Of a stretch of 64,000 bases of DNA, positions 12,436 to 23,833 are shown one piece after another. The stretch lies in the NCBI GenBank assembly GCA_030295235.1, contig AP026124.1, forward strand, positions 620,001-684,000, read 5' to 3'. The stretch's first letter is position 1. The number at the start of each line of letters is the position of its first letter. This DNA is from Fistulifera solaris. Lineage: Eukaryota. Made by a program: the position numbers and the translations under genes. The notes under the pieces were generated by a model. It saw only the letters and a program-made list of their open reading frames with translations. It ran no database searches and was not told the DNA's origin.

Positions 12436-13503
12436 ATGAATGAAGACAAGAAGCGAAAGCCCTTTCTAAAGCTTATCGCGAACTCCAGCAAGCGACCTCG
12501 AGTTGCTACTATTTCGTCGAGCGGTGGAAAGCGCAAAGCTGTTTCGAGCAGCGCCACCGATAACGGAGGAGTAGGAGTGGAAGCTGTGGGGGAGACCTCT
12601 GTTCCACCAAAAAAGGGCGACTTGGAAAAAGGTTGCGGTGCATTATGTAGTGATCCGAACGCAGATTCTTGTCCACCAAAAATCGAGTCTCGCGAATGGG
12701 TCTGTTTAATGTGCACGCTGCACAATTCCGGTAATCGCAAGCGATGCCAAGCTTGCGGAACCCGTGAGCCGATTATGAATGATGCTCCGCCAGTCGAGGT
12801 GCTCCATGATCCGTTATCTCGGACGGTATATTCAACGCCTGCTTTGAATAATATGCAACAAAAGGACTCTTCGATAGTTATGAAACTTGTTAAGAAATTG
12901 GATACACCGATGGAATCACGGGTAAATAAACCGAAGACACCGATTCAGAGTCCGTCAACTATCATGAAAAGCGATAACAAAAGTCGTGCTTTGGCATCTA
13001 CTGCCAATAGTGAAATCGCTTCGTCCAGTAAACGAAATGGAAACAACGAAAGGAGCCCCTCAGCGCCTACAGGTCTGAAAACTACCGCATTCACGAACAA
13101 GGAATTATCTAAGAGTGAGAATTCTGTTAGTGCTATCAGGGATGCACGATTGGCACCAGCGCAAATCCCTCGCGACCAAGAGACTCCAATAATGTTGCAT
13201 GGAAATCAGGAACAGATACAACAAATGCTCGTCTCCATTGTGGATAGAGTAGAATCTCTGAGCAAACATATCCATGCCCATAGGGATGATATTCAGAGTC
13301 TTCGTATACAAAGTGAAGAAATTCTAATGATGCAGAAACAGACTCTTCACGAAACCCAAGAGATGCGAGCCTCTTTGACAAATTTCCTATCTGGACAAGA
13401 TGCTGAGCATTCTCATGCAGGACCTGCAGAAGCATTCGCCATTCGGGTTTTGCAAAGGGAGTTTCGCAAGAAGCAACGAATGGTGGAAACACCAGGATGG
13501 TGA
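12436..13503 (+). CDS. RanBP2-type zinc finger + coiled-coil protein; truncated tandem paralog of the downstream CtIP-like gene
   Basis: WVCLMCTLHNSGNRKRCQACG fits W-x-C-x2-C-x3-N-x6-C-x2-C. The N-terminus (KKRKPFLK...KRPR) and VYSTP align with the 14072 gene. No SAE2 domain follows. Confidence 0.7.
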   Translation: MNEDKKRKPFLKLIANSSKRPRVATISSSGGKRKAVSSSATDNGGVGVEAVGETSVPPKKGDLEKGCGALCSDPNADSCPPKIESREWVCLMCTLHNSGNRKRCQACGTREPIMNDAPPVEVLHDPLSRTVYSTPALNNMQQKDSSIVMKLVKKLDTPMESRVNKPKTPIQSPSTIMKSDNKSRALASTANSEIASSSKRNGNNERSPSAPTGLKTTAFTNKELSKSENSVSAIRDARLAPAQIPRDQETPIMLHGNQEQIQQMLVSIVDRVESLSKHIHAHRDDIQSLRIQSEEILMMQKQTLHETQEMRASLTNFLSGQDAEHSHAGPAEAFAIRVLQREFRKKQRMVETPGW

Positions 13504-14071
13504 CAGGAATCGCTTTGTGTTGTGTCTCTCTTATTGCGGCTCTCATACATTCAAAGTGAAAGCCGTTGTCTTAAAAAGCTTGGCGTCTCAGTTAATTGAT
13601 GCCTTAATAGCAAGATTGCTGCCCTGCTTGATTTGAACTCTCATGCGATGAGTTTTAGAGTCAGTCGTCCAACGGTTTAAAAAAGAGATATTATAGGAAA
13701 GTAATTACTAGTAGAGGAGAAGGATTGATCTTGGTTTTGATAGTTAAGAATGGGATCCAGATTAGACGTAGTCTCGTTTGTCGCGTGATGCCCAGAGTCA
13801 GAGGAGCGAGGACACATAGTTTTTAGTCACGCATATTGACTCCCCCGATCGCGCCAGAAACTTGCGTAGAGATTGGTACTGAGTGTACTGCACTGATCTG
13901 GTCGGCAGCAAATGTCGGATGCCCACATGCACATCCCACATCCACCTCGCTCTATCTTTTACCCTTCTTTTCTTGTTCGACTACTACGTACTAATAAGCG
14001 ATAAAACACATTGTGAAACGTAAAAATCATCATCAAGAAATAAACAAAATCAAGCAATCTGATACTATCGA

Positions 14072-15959
14072 TATGACATCTGTAAATAGTGACGGCAAGA
14101 AACGAAAGCGCTTTCTCAAGCATATCGTTAACAAGCGACCTCGAGCAAATCGTGTCTCGTCAAGTGGTGTCAAAGAAGCAGCTCCGAGCGCCACCGAAGA
14201 CGCAGCAATTGTCGTACAAGCAACATCACAGACATTATTATTTGGAGAGAATTCTGATTTGAAAAGTCCCAGTACCTCCACGAGTGATCCATGCACACAT
14301 GTTTGTCCTGAAAATAAAGAAAACGCGACAATCAAACCAAGGGGTTGGAATTGCGGTAGCTGCACTCTTCTAAATCCCGAGAATCGTAAAAGATGTACAG
14401 CATGTGGGTCTCGTAGACCGATTGCGGATCCATGTGCGGTCTCTGATCCACACAATGCGGTGTATTCCACTCCTGGAAGGGTACATCCCATGCAAATACC
14501 TGCTGACACGTTAGTCGATAATATGCGTTCGGATGAGTTGAAAACACCCACAGTAAAAAAAGGCCGACGATGTTTCGACGCTAAATGGGAATGACTCGTC
14601 ACGACGAACTCCTAGACAATCGATTTGCGATCTGCCATCTGAGGTAACTGATGATAACGAACGCTCTGCGCAAAGGAAAGGCAGTAAGAGACCCGCCCTG
14701 CAATCGGTATGCCTACGAATATCATCCCCAGAAATTGAGAAAGACAATCCTTCCAGTCAAATGGTGTGCGCCAATGCTGTCGAGAATGCCCGGCTGTTAC
14801 CACATGACCACGAAACTCTGACGAATGGACACCAAACACTTACTTTGGCGAGGGTTCTTAATGAACTGAGGAGCATGAACGAGCTCATTCGTATCCAGAA
14901 AGACGACATTGTAGATTTGACCAAACTTGTCCGCGACCAAAACGAAGAGATTCGGATTTTAAGAGAGCAGAATGTCGACATTTTGTTGGCACAAGACCAG
15001 ATGAAATCGTCGTTGGTCATTTTGGAATCGAGGAGCAATGCCAGGCAGCCTAACGTAGATCCAAAAGAAGCGCCAGTTCAAAGAACGAGCCATCGAGTGT
15101 CACTCCAGAGGAAAGACACGCTGATGTCATATGGGAAGGTTGCGAGGCGACGCCACGTCGACAAGAACATTCCCCCTGTAGAAAAGCACACTCCGCATAC
15201 CGATATTCACTCTCTTACCGTTGAGCCGGTATCGAAATTGGAAAATCCAGATAAATCTGTGTGCGACGACAATGCAGAAAAACTATCAACTTTTTCACAC
15301 CGAAACGAGATCCAAGCCGACCATGCAGCCAAAGACAGTCAAAAGCTTCCTTCATCACCTCCTTCGCCAGCCGCGTCAACACAAACCATCGATCCGGATG
15401 CTAGTTCACAGATGGCTGATTCAAAGGAATCATCCTTGTCCAAACTATCTTTTCCTGATCGTTTGCTGAAGAACCGAACGAATCAGAATCTACCCAAGCA
15501 AGTGTCGAGAGCATGGGTGAATAATAAACATGCCCGTCAGTTCATAAGCGAAATGGAAAAGATATTCCAAGAAAGGCATCAGCGTCCTGGATGACGACGC
15601 GTCCAAAGCTCACTTCGACGGCTCCCTTTTGTAGCGCCACGAATCCAGGACAGGATACTCTCTTTGAAGAAAGCCCACAGCCCAAGTATGCTTACAAAGA
15701 AACGGTCCGCTGTCGTAAAGATCGGCAAGCGTTGCCATGTCATGATTGCGATGAATGTCGTTATTGGTACCTGACGCTAAAGAATACGGGCCATGACTTT
15801 AGTCAAGATCCGTTATCCTTCAGTCGCCATCGCTCGCGATTTCAGCCGCACGAATCCCCCGTCGATTTCTGGGAAATGTCGTTTGTTGATGAACGTAAAG
15901 CTCGACAAGCCGAGGAAGTGGAACGCCAGGCTCGAGAACAAGAAGAAACTGAGAAGTAG
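14072..15959 (+). CDS. COM1: CtIP/Sae2/Ctp1/COM1-like DNA end-resection factor with N-terminal RanBP2-type zinc finger
   Basis: C-terminal SAE2 signature YKETVR..DRQAL..CDEC..YW...SRHR...SPVDFWEMSF (CxxC-RHR), a central coiled coil, and WNCGSCTLLNPENRKRCTACG. ORFs join at frameshifts ~14557 (A-run) and ~15534 (C-run). Confidence 0.85.
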
Positions 15960-15989
15960 GCATCCGTAAAGCTCACAATAAACTTCTTT

Positions 15990-16562
15990 CTATAATTTTT
16001 TATCATTCGGTTCCGGTGAGACTACTTCCTGTCGCGTGGCAATTTCAAAATAGGAGTGTGCACCAACTTGTTTCGTTTTGTGCTTTAGATAAGATTCCCA
16101 GACTTGTTGTGCTTGCTGTTCCTCGCTTGGTGATGGTTTGGATGATGCATGCCGCACTGGTGTTTCCCTGACACCCCGCGGAGCATCGTAAATATCTGTA
16201 TCGTTGAGCGCGTCCATTTCCGGGCAAGAGAATTCCGAAATTTGATGGATCATATGCATCATGTTGCCAAGATCCTGTCGTAACTGTTGTTGTTCATGAG
16301 AATCAATTTCGTCCAAATCAATCAGCGCACGCTTGGCCAGAATTTCGATTTCTGCTTGTGACATTGGTTCATGTTTCTGATCCAGCCGAAGATCAGCAAT
16401 TGACCATGTCGGGTCGGGAAAGCAATCGGCTAGTGAAGATTTGCTAGTGCCATTTCGTGTTGACAAAAGCATTATAGAGGGTCGGTTGCGCGCCAGTGTA
16501 CCGGCTACGAATTGCAACCTCGCAGTAGGGCTGTTGCGCAGGAGTAAATGGGAAAGTTTCAT
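15990..16562 (-). CDS. Probable mitochondrial Glu-tRNA(Gln) amidotransferase subunit C/F-like protein
   Basis: Arg/Ser/Leu-rich presequence, then PTWSI...IEILAKRALI...LRQDLGNMMHMIHQI, resembling the GatC/GatF pattern. Confidence 0.6.
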   Translation of the reverse strand: MKLSHLLLRNSPTARLQFVAGTLARNRPSIMLLSTRNGTSKSSLADCFPDPTWSIADLRLDQKHEPMSQAEIEILAKRALIDLDEIDSHEQQQLRQDLGNMMHMIHQISEFSCPEMDALNDTDIYDAPRGVRETPVRHASSKPSPSEEQQAQQVWESYLKHKTKQVGAHSYFEIATRQEVVSPEPNDKKL

Positions 16563-16936
16563 GTCAATTCCTTGGCCTTCAGATCCTAGAAAATGTGATG
16601 ATGTGGTACCTGGTAGAGGCCCCTTCCATGTTACAGTATAACATCGACTTTTTACTTTTATTTGTTCACGAGGAGGAGGAGTCGTCACGAGTATTCCAAC
16701 TTACTCCCAAACAGGGGACAGTCTGTCCTTCCCCCTTGGCAACAGCCTACTCACTGATGTTACACAAAACAGCGATCTGCACTGTATATACAACGTACTG
16801 TATACTGCGGGTCAAAACGTGTGAGCAAAGGAAAAAACGTTTTCCCCCAGATGTGATCTTGTGTTGTAGTACTACGTATGTCAACTTGCAAACAACAACA
16901 TTCAGTTCTACAACGCGAATCATCAGCGAAACTAGA

Positions 16937-18373
16937 ATGGGACTTTTTGAGGAGTTACCAGCTCACCAATGGCGTTACCGAGTTCCGGAGTTTCGATTAC
17001 ATCGAGAGCCAGTTCATTTCAAAGAATTGGTAGATGGTTTGCAAACACAAAAGTGTCTGATATGGCTTGCAGAGGCAGAAATGTTTGTTACCCATCGTGA
17101 CGCTGTTTGGAGTCATGTGCACGATTTCAGAAGCTGGTCGTTTTCTGTCGCAAGAAACGACCGGGATGTCTGCCAATCTCCGTTCCGATTGTATGCCAAA
17201 ACTACTACCGTCGTTGAAGACTCAATTCTGTTCCGTTTACGCGACGACTATTTCCGCCGCTTAGTATTCTCGCATAATGAGTTTCCGTTCGCTCATTTTC
17301 CATTTAGCGAAAGATTTGTTGGAACCATTCTGGGGTCCAATCCGAGTAGATGTCACGAATTTCGCGAGTTTGTATTTTCCCCAGAACAGTCGGCTGCGAT
17401 GGTCAAGCAAGCTACGCCAGTCCAGTTGGTTCTCACAAACTGCGAGGTTGCAGATGAGGGAAAGCTATTTTCCAAATCATTTAGAAACAGGTCAGAAATG
17501 TTTGGATCGCTCACTCTCCAGGGCGAGCTACCTATTCGTGGCAAGCACTTTTCGTCGTTCTTACGACACCTTGATAAAGACTTGGCAACTCTGGATAAAT
17601 TGAAGATCGAGGGCGCTGTTGTTAACCGACTCGCTTGTCCCTTGTTAGCACAAATTAATGTCAGGGAGCTGATTTTACAACGTTGCGTGTTGGAAGACGA
17701 CGGTGAATCACTGATAAATGCGATATCATGTGGTTCTGCGACATTTCAGACCTTGTCAATTGACAGAATACACGGTGGCTACTATCATTCTCAATCTACT
17801 TCGTCTTTGAATAGAGTTCTCAATCACTTGCTACATGCCATTGGAGACGAAAAGTGCAGAATCAAACATTTAAGAGTTGGATATCCTAACTTCGATGTTC
17901 CGGTATCGCTCATCGATACGCTGCAGAACAACCAGAAGCTTGAATCACTTTGTTTGTGCAACGCGAACATACCAACAAAATTCTGGATACGGCTTTTGGA
18001 CGAAATATCGCGACATCAGTCACTGAGTCTCTTAGAATTGGAGAATATGTGGAACTTCGATCAACATGAAGTTGCGTATCTCAGAGAAATGTTAGCCACG
18101 AACTTTCGAGTGGAAGTCTTGATTAATCGCGAACCTATTGTCAAACAGGACTGGCTGGACCAATGGGATGAAGTCGTCTTCCCTCAGCTTTGTTTCAATC
18201 GCTTTCGTCGGGGTGTTACCCAACTAGGTACCACTGTCGATGAGTCGAGAAAAGTTGGCTTGTTTGGTGCTGCTCTTCTCGCGAACCAATTTAGCCCGAA
18301 ACGAATTGGTCTTCTCATGAGCATTCACGCTGATACGCTAGTTTGTCTATTTCAGACTCCCGTTGACGTGTAG
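16937..18373 (+). CDS. Hypothetical RNI-like/degenerate LRR protein
   Basis: Intact ORF from ATG 16937 with repeated LxxLxL units (LDKLKI, VRELIL, IKHLRV, LESLCL, LSLLEL). Confidence 0.75.
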   Translation: MGLFEELPAHQWRYRVPEFRLHREPVHFKELVDGLQTQKCLIWLAEAEMFVTHRDAVWSHVHDFRSWSFSVARNDRDVCQSPFRLYAKTTTVVEDSILFRLRDDYFRRLVFSHNEFPFAHFPFSERFVGTILGSNPSRCHEFREFVFSPEQSAAMVKQATPVQLVLTNCEVADEGKLFSKSFRNRSEMFGSLTLQGELPIRGKHFSSFLRHLDKDLATLDKLKIEGAVVNRLACPLLAQINVRELILQRCVLEDDGESLINAISCGSATFQTLSIDRIHGGYYHSQSTSSLNRVLNHLLHAIGDEKCRIKHLRVGYPNFDVPVSLIDTLQNNQKLESLCLCNANIPTKFWIRLLDEISRHQSLSLLELENMWNFDQHEVAYLREMLATNFRVEVLINREPIVKQDWLDQWDEVVFPQLCFNRFRRGVTQLGTTVDESRKVGLFGAALLANQFSPKRIGLLMSIHADTLVCLFQTPVDV

Positions 18374-18881
18374 CAGGTTTTTACCAGAAGCTTTTATTTT
18401 TTATTTTTTTTGCTTTCGTCTCGCATGATATGATTTTCTCTTTCAAGTATAGCAAGCTGAAAGCCTGTAATATGGTGTTGAAAATGGTCGCATTGATCGT
18501 CGAATACGTCAAGTTTCTAAAGAACACAGCTAATAATCAGTCCTAAATCGCCTTAGATCAAGGGGTAAGTCGTGTCGGGAGTCGAAAATCAGAGCTCACG
18601 TAGAAATATCACGTGGAATAACTACTAGATAGCACAGAACAGCAACTTCACGATAGTTACAGTACGAACTTGCCGTTCTACTACTAGATATCGAACTTCT
18701 TATGGTGATGCTGGCGCGCACTCTGCGTCGAGTTCGACACTTCTTGTTCCTTTTCATCACGAGCTGTGTACCTGTGTAGGATTTGTACTGCAACTCAACT
18801 GCAAAGCGAGCAGGAAAATCTCCTCCCACAAAACGAAATCATCCTTTTTTTCACAGTTCCGCGCAAACGCTCTTCAACAAA

Positions 18882-19906
18882 ATGTCTACAATCGAGCTTA
18901 TTAAAGAGGCTATTGCGGCTTTAAAAGACCGTACTGGATCTTCCATTGTGGCAATCACTAAGTTTATCGAAAGCGAGAAGAAGGTACGAGTTTATAAAAA
19001 GAGTTATCGTGTTTTTTGGAGCAACGAATTTTTCGAGTTGGCGACAACGCGCGTTCTTCGTCGACATGACTCACATCCCACCAGAAATTCGCGTTATAAA
19101 CCCCAATCTTTCTTCTTCCATTCACCTTATCTGTCAAGCATCTCTTTAACTTTGATGATGTGAGGTTTTGGGTCGAGTTGGGTGATGGCAGGGAGTGCTG
19201 TAGCAGTTTTATATTTGACATTGAGTTGTACATGAAATTGACGTTGATTTTGTACGGGAAATTGTGAGGCATGATTTTACCCCCTTCTCGACGCTTTCAG
19301 CACCTTTTTCACAACCACTTCTTCAATCGACTCTTACCTCACTCTTTTCTCTTTTTATTTTAGCAAAATGTCAAGAAGCACATTCTAAAGGCTGCTTTGA
19401 AGCGGGGTGTTGAAACCGGTACTCTCGTACAGGTCAAAAATTCGTACAAGGTGTCCGCCGAAGCCAAGAAGAAGCCGACCAAACCTGCTGCCAAGCCCAA
19501 GATTGCGAAAAAAGTAAGTTTCTTTCTGAAATACTTTTTGTCATATGCTCTTAGAAATTGATTTTCGTGCCATACTTTATTATCAATCATTATCTCATGA
19601 CCGGGCTAAACGCTGATACAGACGACAGAGAAAAAGGTGTGTTTTATGGCTAACAGCGCCGTTCATCTATACCGTTTACTAACCAACTCTATCTTTATAA
19701 AATAATCACAGCCTGCAACTGGAAAGACTGAAGCATCTAAGAAGAAAGCTCCGTCTGCCAAGAAGGCCACAGTCAGCAAGAAGAGCGGCAACGCTGCGTC
19801 GAAGAAGACGACTGTTGCCAAGGCGCCTGCTGCCAGCAAGAAGAAGGTGACATCATCCAAGAAGGCTGTTGCGACGAAGGCAAAAGTTGCTGCGAAGAAG
19901 CAGTAA
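18882..19906 (+). CDS. Linker histone H1 (4 exons)
   Basis: Exons 18882-18983, 19364-19513, 19622-19636 (15 nt) and 19712-19906, all GT-AG and phase 0. Globular domain IKEAIAALKDRTGSSIVAI...LKRGVETGTLVQVKNSYKV and a Lys/Ala-rich tail. Confidence 0.93.
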
Positions 19907-20696
19907 GCAAGGAGCTGGGAGCATTTCATTCGATCTCCGACAATTATCCGTTGCATGGTTGATGTTTGTATCATACACTGAAAAGATAGACTGTACCTGC
20001 TTGGTCTTAATAACCAGTAAAAACTTTGAGTCTATCTATGAATACCGTCTATGGAGTTAGGCTCATGTCGTCAATACTAGAGAAGCACTGCGTTAACCCG
20101 TTGAGGAGATCTTCGGAGGATTTAGGGCATAGACCCAATGGGCAGAGCGTAGAAAATGCCAGAATTACTTTGGCGCCTTTCCGTTCTGGTTAAATCATGA
20201 CTAAACAACTACTCATCTCAGCCATGATCCTTGCTATGGTCGTGAATCAAAGTCATTTTCAAGTTTCAAGCACCCCAGGTAGACCAAAGCGCTCTGGTTC
20301 TAGCTTTTGTGTGCCTCCCTTGTAGTTTTCGTTTTCAGTCGATTCTTCGGTGTCCTTTACCGGAAAGACAATGCATACAGCACTTTCGAGAAGACATCCT
20401 ACTGTACAATCCCCTCTTCAACGGATCCAATTTCCATTCCGTTTACAGGTACTCTCACTCTATCAAAAGGATGCTCATGTAGCTTGTTTTTCGTTTAGGT
20501 TGTAGTAGAAAATTTTTGAGCTTGAATCTGGCTACCTGGTACGCGTGCGCGGAGAAGTGAAGAGGTTGCGCAGTCGCCAAGCCTCTTTGTGCTTTGCGGA
20601 ACACGATGCACATCACGACGACTTGTTCTTCATTAAACTTTTTTATCGCCTCTATTGTTTGCATCTTCTTTCGGTCCTCAACGTTGTGAAGCGGCA

Positions 20697-21113
20697 ATGC
20701 GGACTGACATTCTTTCGAAACGACTCTTCTATGTTGGAGGTTTTGGCTTGCCCTGGTTGTGGATTGTTCACGTTCTGTACTGGCGAGGAGACAAAGAAGG
20801 AAATTCAAGCGAAGGTCTACTAAATCCAGATGATCGTAAGTACAGCTTTATTAGCAGCAATACTGAAATGGCATCGGTCGTTTAATTTTTGTTTCTCTAC
20901 GCCACAGACTTTCACGACGAGCCGACAGAAATGTCAGCAGATGAGATTAAAGAAGCAGCAGCGAAATGGGTAAATCGATGCAGAATGTGCTCTGGGCTTT
21001 TCATCATAGCGTGGATTGTATGGATTATTTCGGCGCAGTTGCTGAGAGATATTGTTTTTCCGACGACGTGGTATATGCTAAGTCCGAATGATGCAGCCGT
21101 AACAGGGTGGTAG
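20697..21113 (+). CDS. PEN2: Gamma-secretase subunit PEN-2 homolog
   Basis: LSKRLFYVGGFGLPWLWIVHVLYW matches the PEN-2 N-terminal motif, followed by a second hydrophobic helix. Intron 20836-20907 joins in frame. Confidence 0.8.
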
Positions 21114-21352
21114 GCGGGTTTGTTGTCATCGACGATACGAAATGATATGCTAGAACAATGGGCGAAATGGCATTCCGTTGATGTCTATAACGGCTGGTTC
21201 TTCAAATACTGAGGCCCTCAATACGCAAATACTATCAGTATTTCTTTGCCAATGAAATACTCGCAGACCAATTTTATTTATGTAAAGATTCTACAAAATT
21301 AACACCGTAAGAATGACTACATTTTTATGTTTGAAACTAGTGTGAAGTAAAT

Positions 21353-23089
21353 CTAAATGTCGTTTGCAGCTCTCAATAAGTCAGGCTTGGCTCGAAGCAC
21401 TGCAAATAGCGTTGTGCGGGCCCCTTCCTCTCGTCGGAGAAGTCGGCTAGAAGGGACGTGATGAGAGCCTAGTTCATTGTCACCAGTGGTGAGGCGCTCG
21501 TTCGCTAGTAGAGCTAGCACATGTGGATAAAGAGCGGGTGGGATAATCTTTTCGCTATGCAGAGCTGGTGGGTGTGCTTTCATCAAAGTGCGAAGACCGT
21601 CGTCCCAGGTTCTTACCCCCGCTTTCAGTGCCATCACCAGCGGAAGTTTGCCATTCTGCCCGTGAGGTGTGAATGCTCCTTCTGGAAATCGCTCTAGTAG
21701 AAGCTTTAAAACCTTGTCAAAAGGATTCGTTGTCTGTGAAACGGTCGCTGACGAAAAGAAGCTCATCGCTTCGGAGAGGACGCTCAAGTCATCGGCATTT
21801 GCATCTGCTGGGACCGTCATGGCCGCAGCTGCTGCCATGAAGCTAGGATGCGTTTCGTTGAGACGGGATAGAAATGAAGATGCAGTGGCTGCTATGTGGA
21901 TAGGGAGGTTTCCTTCTTCATCCATCTCGCGGACTTGATGCGGATGAAGGGACAAGGCAAGACGGATAACTTCTGGCGGGCATCCGTAGCCAGTCAGCCC
22001 CACGGATGCATGAACAATACGAAACTGTCGACGCCCGTACTTCGCATTGCAACCTTTCTCTTCTTCGCTGTCTTCTACTGAAGGGAAAGAAGCCCGAATT
22101 GACTTCCCAAACATGCTGGGCTTCGGGCTGGTTGCAGCAATGCATTCCGTGGCCCAAGACGCTGCCTCTTTTGCGACGGCAGCCTCGCCCGGCGATCGAC
22201 AGCCCTGCTCGTGTAAACTGCGGAAATACTTGCTTTCTCGCTTCAACCTCTCTTCAGCTAAGCGGGCTATGATCCATCCGGCCCGCTTCCATAGATCGCC
22301 CAGATTGGCATGAACTGTCATGGCAGCTGCTAACGCAGCCTTTTCAGGTATGTCCTGGTGTTCACGATGGAGGCTGTCGACTCTTGCAATCACCACTTTC
22401 ACACGCTCCCTGTATCGTCGGAAGAGAAGTGCGAGTGGTGTCTGACCAGTGGCATCTTTCATGCCCAAAACATTAACTTCAACTTGTGGCCCTGTGCCGC
22501 TTGATAAGTACGTGACGTCTTCTTCGACGTCGTCGAAATCTTCTTCCAAAGCACAGTGATTCTCAAAACCCATCATGAGGTTACCTTCTCTGATTGATTC
22601 CTCAAAAAGCAAGCGAAAGGCATCAATCTCCAGGCCTCGAAAGGACATGCATGCATAATGTATGGGTGCTCTACCCATCCTGGACAAGTCAGCAGTCGGA
22701 GAAACACTTTTTCCTTCCGCATGAGTGTGCTGCTTGGCACACTCTATTAAGGCCCTCATCGATTGAGCCGAGCAGCGATGGCTTGCGGCTACGTGCAATG
22801 GCGTCGCACCTTCGTGGTTCGAGATTCGACTGGCTGAGCGTAATGCCAAGATTACAGCCGGAGGAGGGTCTAATCGACATGCTACATGCAGCGGAGTATT
22901 TCCAGTTACCTCGTCTTGATAGAGCGTCTCGGAGGGGTGCCTACGAGCACGACGAATAACTTCTTCCCAGGACCGGTTTTGGATCAAACAAATGAGTGTC
23001 GAGGGATGGAAGTGACGCATGCGACGGAGACGTCGCTGAGCGAAAGAATAAATAGGATTGCCTCGGAGGTCAGTGAGCAAGTGCCTCAT
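21353..23089 (-). CDS. Ankyrin-repeat protein
   Basis: Intact 578-aa ORF with GNTPLHVAC, GATPLHVAA, GRAPIHYAC, GQTPLALL, GNLPIHIAA and GKLPLVMAL. Confidence 0.88.
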   Translation of the reverse strand: MRHLLTDLRGNPIYSFAQRRLRRMRHFHPSTLICLIQNRSWEEVIRRARRHPSETLYQDEVTGNTPLHVACRLDPPPAVILALRSASRISNHEGATPLHVAASHRCSAQSMRALIECAKQHTHAEGKSVSPTADLSRMGRAPIHYACMSFRGLEIDAFRLLFEESIREGNLMMGFENHCALEEDFDDVEEDVTYLSSGTGPQVEVNVLGMKDATGQTPLALLFRRYRERVKVVIARVDSLHREHQDIPEKAALAAAMTVHANLGDLWKRAGWIIARLAEERLKRESKYFRSLHEQGCRSPGEAAVAKEAASWATECIAATSPKPSMFGKSIRASFPSVEDSEEEKGCNAKYGRRQFRIVHASVGLTGYGCPPEVIRLALSLHPHQVREMDEEGNLPIHIAATASSFLSRLNETHPSFMAAAAAMTVPADANADDLSVLSEAMSFFSSATVSQTTNPFDKVLKLLLERFPEGAFTPHGQNGKLPLVMALKAGVRTWDDGLRTLMKAHPPALHSEKIIPPALYPHVLALLANERLTTGDNELGSHHVPSSRLLRREEGARTTLFAVLRAKPDLLRAANDI

Positions 23090-23833
23090 TTTTCAAGTCA
23101 ATGATGGTCGTTGGCTTGGGATGTCGAGGAGTGAAATACGATGCTATTTAACGAAATGAATTTGCTCGCGGTGGATTTATCACGACTAATGGCTGACTTT
23201 TGTCAAAGAATGATCTCGAGAACTTCCTTGACTCGCCCGAGACAGAACAGGAAAATAATGGGGGGTGGTTCGGAATCACGAATCTAGCTCTACTATGTAG
23301 TTGAAGTGTGAAGCGGTAATCAGCTTGTTGACGGCCGGATCTATTTTTTGTTTTTCATTTAGTACTTTTGATTCCACTGTCATCTTTGACCAGGTCGATG
23401 TGTCCCGAGTGTCGTCGTTTGATGCTTGGGGCTGGGATGTGCGTTGAAGCTTCATTATGTGTAAAGTGCTTCTTAACCAGTAATTAGTCGACATCGCTGT
23501 AACGATTATACACATTAGAGTACAGAGAGACGAGACTGGACGTAGCATCATGATGAAATGCACCATCGAGAGCTAGAGGGTAGTTTTCATTGGGGCTGGG
23601 GCTTGTCGATTGCCGATCCCCTAGCTAATTCATCAAGCGTCCAAAACGATAGCAGCATCTAGCTACTCTTCAAAGGCATAAATAGATCCATCCTATTATA
23701 TATGGAGTAATATGGTTGCTGCTTAATTTTGAGTCGGACTATTGCTTCGTCGCGTATTCCAACGGTGCTGCCATCGTCGCGTATTCAAAGGTTGCTGCCA
23801 AAGACACACACTAATTTCGTCGTCGTGCAGATA

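Noticed and set aside
16595..16936. N-terminal extension of the RNI-like ORF
   Set aside because: It begins at a non-ATG codon inside the divergent promoter. ATG 16937 is the more plausible start.
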